This document shows, piece by piece, positions 59,085 through 64,000 of a stretch of DNA of 64,000 nucleotides. A program made the translations under genes and the position numbers. Source of the DNA: Verrucomicrobiota bacterium (GTDB lineage: Bacteria; Verrucomicrobiota; Kiritimatiellia; UBA8416; SLMC01). The DNA is taken from the NCBI GenBank assembly GCA_030018915.1, contig JASEHE010000001.1, forward strand, positions 15,843-79,842, in the 5' to 3' direction. Below the pieces are notes generated by a model that searched no databases, had not been told where the DNA came from, and saw only the letters and a program-made list of their open reading frames with translations. Position 1 is the stretch's first letter. The number at the start of each line of letters is the position of its first letter.

Positions 59085-59870
59085 TCACGCGCTGATCGCT
59101 TCATTGACGGCGGCGAGGATCGAGACCGAGTTGTTGTCGTAGACCGCTTTCTTGATCGTCGTTTCCGTCCGCGCCGGGTCGAAGTCCGGGGCCAGCGAAT
59201 TCGTCTCGTCATAGAGCACAATGGGAATCCGCCGCGTGTTCGGCATCTTCCAGAGCATTTCCGCCACGCTGTCGCCGTTCATCTCGGACAGGACGTACTT
59301 CACCACGATCGCGTTGGGCTTCTGGACAATCGCCTTCTCGAGCACCTCCGGACCGCTTGCGGCGCTGTCAACCAAGAAGCCGGCGTCGGAAAACGCGTTC
59401 ACCAAGTTCTCGCGGACCATGCCGTTGTCCTCGCCGATCAGCACCTTCTTGCGAGCCGTGGCGCCCGATCCGCAGGCCGGCATTTCGGCGCCGCTGCGCA
59501 GGAAGATGATGCGCCCGACCTCCATCAGAAGATCGGCGGGATTGCACGGCTTGGCCACGAAACCGTCTACGCTCACGTTTGCGAAGAACTCCGCCATATT
59601 GGCCCGCGCCGTCAGGACCAGCACCGGGTGTTCGAGCGACCCGTCGGGTTTCGAAATCCGCTTGAGAAACCCGACTCCGCCCATTCCGGGCATGCTCATG
59701 TCCAGGATGATCAGGTCCGGCGCCATGCGCTCGAGCCGCTTTACGCCCTGCTCGCCGCTGTCCGCCGTCGCCACTTCATACCCCTCGAAGCGCAGAAAGT
59801 CGCTCAGCGTGACCAACAGGCTCGTATCGTCGTCTATCAACAGTATCTTCCGTTTTCCCTGGCCAGTCAT
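59085..59870 (-). CDS. Response regulator with two receiver domains, no output domain
   Basis: Start at MTGQGKRKILLIDDD. First REC (DLIILDMSMPGMGG) and second REC (KVLIGEDNGMVRENL...). Confidence 0.7.
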   Translation of the reverse strand: MTGQGKRKILLIDDDTSLLVTLSDFLRFEGYEVATADSGEQGVKRLERMAPDLIILDMSMPGMGGVGFLKRISKPDGSLEHPVLVLTARANMAEFFANVSVDGFVAKPCNPADLLMEVGRIIFLRSGAEMPACGSGATARKKVLIGEDNGMVRENLVNAFSDAGFLVDSAASGPEVLEKAIVQKPNAIVVKYVLSEMNGDSVAEMLWKMPNTRRIPIVLYDETNSLAPDFDPARTETTIKKAVYDNNSVSILAAVNEAISA

Positions 59871-59890
59871 GGGCTCTCCTTTTCGTTGTT

Positions 59891-61561
59891 CTAAATGCGG
59901 TCTTCCTCCGGTTCGGACTCGGTCGCGGTTTCGTTCTCGGTCTTGCTCTCGATTCGGGCCCGTTTGTTGAAAGCCGCCGCGCCCAGGAACGCTTCCTCCA
60001 GACTGTCCAAGAGGTCCGGCTCCTGCCACGGCTTGCGCAGCGCCGGGATCGAAAAGTTCCGCAGAATCTCGGCGCTCGCCCGGCTTATATGCGCCCCGGT
60101 GATCACGATCACGGGGATTCCCATCGTGCTCTTCTCGCTCTTCAGTTTCAAGATTACCTTGGCGCCGTCCATGACCGGCATCACGAGGTCGAGCAGGACG
60201 AGGTCCGGGCAGTTGCGCTTGACGCTCTCCAGCGCCTCGATGCCGTTGTCCGCGGTGATTACACGGTAGCCGCGCGCCGTCGTCTGCTTGACCAGAAGGT
60301 TGAGCACGCCCTTCTCGTCGTCCACGATCAGCAGCCGCGGCGGCTCCGCGGAGGGAAGGGACGCGTAGACTCCAGTCCCCTTCTCCCGGCCCGGCGGCGG
60401 GCTTTTGACCGAGAGCGCTCCGCCGTGAAGATCAATGATCTCCTTTGAAATCGAGAGGCCCAAGCCGGTCCCGCTCGTCTGTTCGCCCACCGTGAAATAC
60501 CGTTCCGTGACACGGTCTATCGCCTCGGGCGGAATGCCGATCCCGGTGTCTTCGACTCCAAGCTGCGTCCAGCCCGGCTGCTCCGCATGTTGCCGGACGA
60601 ACACATCAATCCGTCCGCCTTCCGGCGTGAATTTGATCGCGTTGCCGACAACGTTGATGATTACGCGCTCCATCTTGTGCGCGTCGCACTCGACGAACAC
60701 GTCGGTCGCCGGGCACGCCGTCTCCAGGGCAAGCCCTTTCTGCTCCGCCTGGACACGGAGCGAGTCCACGCTACGGCGCGCGAACCGGGAAAACGGAATC
60801 CGGACCTTGGAGAGCGCCAGAGTCCGGCTCTCGATTTTTCGCATGTCAAGGATGTCGTTCACCGTGGCCAGCAGGCGGTGACAGTCCCCGTTGAGCAGTT
60901 TGAGGTAACGCCGAACCACGTTCGGGACCGGCCCGATCACCCCGCGCAGCATGTTGTCCACCGCGTAGATCATGGAGGTCAGCGGGGTTCTCAGCTCGTG
61001 CGAGACGTTGGAAACGAACTGCGAACGGGCCTTGTCGTGCTCCTCCAGCCGGTCCACCGCCTCCTCCAGCGCCTCCTGAGCCCGGCGGCGGACCGTGACG
61101 TCGCGGACAAAAAAGCAGAGCTGGCTCTCGTCGTCCAGGTTGATCCTGTTGACGGCGATTTCCGCGGCAAATATCGAGTTGTCCCGCCGGACGCACTGGG
61201 CTTCGATCAGGGTGTAACGATGCTGCTCCAGGTTCTTGCGAATGGACTCCAGCAGACCGTCGTTGGCTCCCGAGATCAGATCAATGACCCGCCTGCCGTA
61301 GAGCTCAGTCTCGTTGCACAGGAAGAAATCCGCCGCGCGGGAGTTGAAATCGATGATCCGCCCCTTGGCGTCCGCGACCAGCACGCCGTCGTAGATGCTT
61401 TGGAGCAGTTTCTCGTAGTCCGGCGAACGCTTGAATTTCTTCCACTTCCGCGCCAGGAACGACGTGTCGTCGGCCTTGGGCATGATGTGTGTTTCCGCCT
61501 TCTTCCTTGTCAGGGACTCGCCCAGGAAGTCGGGGTGAATATCGATCCGCATTGTCCGCGC
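59891..61561 (-). CDS. Hybrid sensor histidine kinase (PAS–HisKA–HATPase_c–REC)
   Basis: Start at MARTMRIDIHPDF (paralogous to the N-terminus of the 28250 protein). H-box FVSNVSHELRTPLTSM, G-boxes DTGIGIP / GTGLGLSISK, C-terminal REC (LLIVDDEKGV...DLVLLDLVMPVMDG). Confidence 0.8.
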   Translation of the reverse strand, partial: ARTMRIDIHPDFLGESLTRKKAETHIMPKADDTSFLARKWKKFKRSPDYEKLLQSIYDGVLVADAKGRIIDFNSRAADFFLCNETELYGRRVIDLISGANDGLLESIRKNLEQHRYTLIEAQCVRRDNSIFAAEIAVNRINLDDESQLCFFVRDVTVRRRAQEALEEAVDRLEEHDKARSQFVSNVSHELRTPLTSMIYAVDNMLRGVIGPVPNVVRRYLKLLNGDCHRLLATVNDILDMRKIESRTLALSKVRIPFSRFARRSVDSLRVQAEQKGLALETACPATDVFVECDAHKMERVIINVVGNAIKFTPEGGRIDVFVRQHAEQPGWTQLGVEDTGIGIPPEAIDRVTERYFTVGEQTSGTGLGLSISKEIIDLHGGALSVKSPPPGREKGTGVYASLPSAEPPRLLIVDDEKGVLNLLVKQTTARGYRVITADNGIEALESVKRNCPDLVLLDLVMPVMDGAKVILKLKSEKSTMGIPVIVITGAHISRASAEILRNFSIPALRKPWQEPDLLDSLEEAFLGAAAFNKRARIESKTENETATESEPEEDRI

Positions 61562-61591
61562 CATTCGGTCCGGGTTATCCATAGATGTCGT

Positions 61592-63262
61592 TCACGCCTT
61601 TTCTTTCGACGCGTAGAGCAACGCCTGGATGCCCGCGTCCGGCGACCGCGTTTCCGGCACCCCGGCGATCTCGATGAAATTATCGATCAGGACCTTCAGT
61701 TTCCGCCCGCTTTCCGCGGCCAGCTTGAGCATGTCCTGCTGGGAGACCGTGACTGTCCCCAGGGCGCCGGCGGCCAATATATCGATCGAGCAACTGATGA
61801 CGGCCAGAGGCTGGCACAACTCCTGGCCGATTTCCGCCAGGATTTCGAAGAACCGCTTGCGCGATATCTGGGGCGCCTTCCCGGCGCGCGCGGCCGCCTG
61901 TTCGGCGGCGTCCGCCGCATCGCGGTCCGCCTTGAGGACCTCGACCAGGCCCTGGATTTTTGACGTGGTCTTCTGGACCAGGGTCTTGACCTCCGTGTCA
62001 ATGCTGGCGACCAGTTGCCCCACTTGCTCCTTCCGCGCGTCGGGCCCGGCCTGCGCGGCCTTGCTCGCGCTCTCCCGGATCGTCGAAATCAGCTCGGCTA
62101 GGCGCTCTCCCGCCGGCGCGGCGTCAGATTCCCCCCGGGATATCAGGCCGCTCTTGACAAGCAGATTCCGCCAGTCTTCCGCCGTGAGGCCCGAGGCCGC
62201 CAGCCGGGCCTCCAACTCCGTGTCGCTCAGCCGGTCGATCCCTTTGCCCTTCATAAAGCGCAGAAGCCGCTGCTCGTTCTTGTCGAGCGCTTCCCGCTTC
62301 TTCATGTACTCGTCCGCGAGCGCGTCAATCCGCAGCTCGTCGACCATGCTTTCCACGGCGTTGGAGAGCTTCAGTGTGTCCTCATCGCTGATCCGGCCGG
62401 ATATCTCCATGATCCGGCGTTTGACCGATCCCTCGAGCATCACCAGCGTTTTCTCCAGTTCCCTCTTCCCTTTCTGGGTCTTGACAGACGGATCCTGGGC
62501 CATCTCCTTGAACACGCGTTGGAGCGACTTCACGGCCATGCCGGTCAGGGTTTCCTCGACGGGAAGCCCCTTCTCCTCCTTCCCGGTTTCTGCGATGTCC
62601 ACGATCAACCGGCCCATCAGGCCGGAATCGGCGGTAATCTTCTTCAGATTCGCCGCGACTTCCTTGTCGCCCTCCGGCGGGTCGCCTTTCAGGAAGGACA
62701 CCAAGACGTCAACGTCGCCTTGGCCGGCCGCGACGATCTGGGCCATCTTTTCCTGTGACAAGACAACGTCGCCTTCATCAATTCGCTTGTAGATCATTTT
62801 CTTGGCTCTGACGTGCTCGATGTTGGCTGAGACGAGCGCGCTGCTCACCCCGCCGAGCTGCCTCAGTTCCTCCAGCTTGGCGTTGAGGACTCCCATAAAC
62901 CTGGCAAACCGCTCTGGGGCCAGGCCCCGCTCCATCGAAAAGCTAGGCGACTCGATCTTGACGAGATGCCGCACAAACGAGTCGGTCATTGGGTTTCCGG
63001 TGTCAATGGCGGTCCCGTTGACCATCAGGACGTCGTCCATAACGCTGAAATCGACCTCGCTGCAGGTCTCCAGGGCCTTGCCGACCTTGGCGAAAGCGTC
63101 GTCCACTGACTTCCGGGTGACATTGTGGCTCAGCCCATAGAGCAAGGCGTTGGAACGGACGAGCGCCAGCGAGCGCACGATGGCTTCCGCCTCCTCGGGC
63201 GCCGGGGCGTTGACGGGCGCGTCGGCATCAGAAGCCGACGACGGTTCGGTCTTCTCGCTCAT
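61592..63262 (-). CDS. Coiled-coil signalling protein with C-terminal degenerate DHp-like domain (His replaced by Gln)
   Basis: Start chosen at MSEKTEP. C-terminal FFEILAEIGQELCQPLAVISCSIDIL aligns with the HisKA H-box FVSNVSHELRTPLTSM, with Q at the His position. No ATPase domain. Confidence 0.45.
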   Translation of the reverse strand: MSEKTEPSSASDADAPVNAPAPEEAEAIVRSLALVRSNALLYGLSHNVTRKSVDDAFAKVGKALETCSEVDFSVMDDVLMVNGTAIDTGNPMTDSFVRHLVKIESPSFSMERGLAPERFARFMGVLNAKLEELRQLGGVSSALVSANIEHVRAKKMIYKRIDEGDVVLSQEKMAQIVAAGQGDVDVLVSFLKGDPPEGDKEVAANLKKITADSGLMGRLIVDIAETGKEEKGLPVEETLTGMAVKSLQRVFKEMAQDPSVKTQKGKRELEKTLVMLEGSVKRRIMEISGRISDEDTLKLSNAVESMVDELRIDALADEYMKKREALDKNEQRLLRFMKGKGIDRLSDTELEARLAASGLTAEDWRNLLVKSGLISRGESDAAPAGERLAELISTIRESASKAAQAGPDARKEQVGQLVASIDTEVKTLVQKTTSKIQGLVEVLKADRDAADAAEQAAARAGKAPQISRKRFFEILAEIGQELCQPLAVISCSIDILAAGALGTVTVSQQDMLKLAAESGRKLKVLIDNFIEIAGVPETRSPDAGIQALLYASKEKA

Positions 63263-63417
63263 GGCTCTCTCCTGGAACACGAATGGCGGGCCGGCGGCAT
63301 GGCCGTACGGCCTCCACGACACAGGATCATAGCCACCCTGCCCCGGCAAAGACAATACCAAAGGCGCTAAGTTTCCAATTGCCCATCCGCTCTCCGGCGA
63401 CTATCTTGCCCACTCAG

Positions 63418-64000
63418 ATGATCTACCTCGTCTCGCACTTCTACCTGCCGCTCGGCAATCCGCCGGCCAGCCGGATGGGCCACCTGGCCCGCATCCTCGT
63501 GGAGCGCTACGGGCGGGACAACGCGCGGGTGGTCACGGGCCGGCCCAACTACCCGGAAGGCCGGCTCCCGCCGGAATACCGGTGGCGGCTGTTCCGCCGA
63601 ACCGTAGGGCCGGCGGGTGAAGACATCGCGCACCTCTACGAAATCGCCACCCCGTTCCAGGGGTTCCGGCGCAAGACCGTCGGCTACCTCTCCTTCGCCG
63701 TCAGCGTGTTCTTCTATTTTCTCTTCCGCCGGCTCGCTCCGTCCGACCTCATCCTGGTCACCTCCGGCCCCGTCTTCCCCGCATATGCCGTCTATTTTCT
63801 GTCCAGGCTCAAGCGGCATCTGCGCTACGCCGTGGACGTCCGCGACCTCTCGCCCCAGACCGTGCCGGGCATGGGCTTCATGAACCGGGAGTCGGCCCTG
63901 TATCGGGCGCTCAAGCGCCTCTCGGACCGGACCTACCGGCGGGCGGTCAAGACCGTCGGTGTCGTCCCGGGAATCTGCGAGTACCTGAACGCCGTGGCCG
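63418..64000 (+). CDS. Glycosyltransferase family 4 (WbuB-like), N-terminal part; continues beyond window end
   Basis: ATG at 63418. MIYLVSHFYLPLGNPPASRMGHLARILVERYGRDNARVVTGRPNYPEGRLPPEYRW (GT4 N-terminal PNYP.G motif). Open to the window end, so absent from the ORF track. Confidence 0.6.
   Translation, partial: MIYLVSHFYLPLGNPPASRMGHLARILVERYGRDNARVVTGRPNYPEGRLPPEYRWRLFRRTVGPAGEDIAHLYEIATPFQGFRRKTVGYLSFAVSVFFYFLFRRLAPSDLILVTSGPVFPAYAVYFLSRLKRHLRYAVDVRDLSPQTVPGMGFMNRESALYRALKRLSDRTYRRAVKTVGVVPGICEYLNAVA

Overview
This is a high-GC (~63%) bacterial chromosomal window; the gene content (LL-DAP aminotransferase, an Amuc_1098–1102-like pilus cluster) suggests Verrucomicrobiota or another PVC lineage. 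Coding density is high and most of the long antisense ORFs in the supplied track are GC-driven artefacts.

Gene map, in order:
- **1–2900:** housekeeping genes tig (partial), rho, coaE and a stand-alone 5'-3' exonuclease.
- **~4.0–36.6 kb:** a large type IV pilus / T2SS-like locus. It contains:
  - a secretin with an N-terminal TPR region;
  - an Amuc_1099/1100/1102-like trio and a PilM–PilN fusion;
  - a gspG-H-I-J-K-ordered pseudopilin operon with an oversized GspK-like protein;
  - a major pilin behind a sigma54 promoter, a PilR-like activator, a PilC platform and two tandem PilB/GspE ATPases.
  - Inside this locus, between the secretin operon and the pseudopilin operon, sit two paralogous secreted proteins of ~490 aa and ~2480 aa. 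The larger has a PA14 domain and repeated beta-sandwich-like modules. Both share a distinctive C-terminal ~85-aa domain ending in an FYRV-[AV]-[VA]-TN motif.
- **Downstream:** tRNA-Asp, kpsF, a tandem-domain NDK, aspC, tRNA-Leu, rlmI, lpxB, a vapBC module with vapB frameshifted at a C-run, a Gfo/Idh/MocA oxidoreductase, lpxI, carA, carB, pyrG, purF, plsY, a dapL-like gene, purC, nrdR, a two-REC response regulator, a PAS hybrid histidine kinase, a degenerate DHp-only protein and a partial GT4 glycosyltransferase.

I judge the pilus / T2SS-like locus with its two embedded secreted proteins to be the candidate undescribed system.

Other signals worth a second look:
- a G10 homopolymer in the divergent promoter region of the pilus locus;
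- a heptad-periodic GAAAC motif recurring just downstream of four stop codons;
- ACCGAC heptad repeats, one pair forming inverted termini of a ~290-nt intergenic element;
- PAS–DHp sensor proteins with no catalytic domain, paralogous to the hybrid kinase;
- a Gfo/Idh/MocA oxidoreductase between lpxB and lpxI, a possible GnnA-type lipid A variant.
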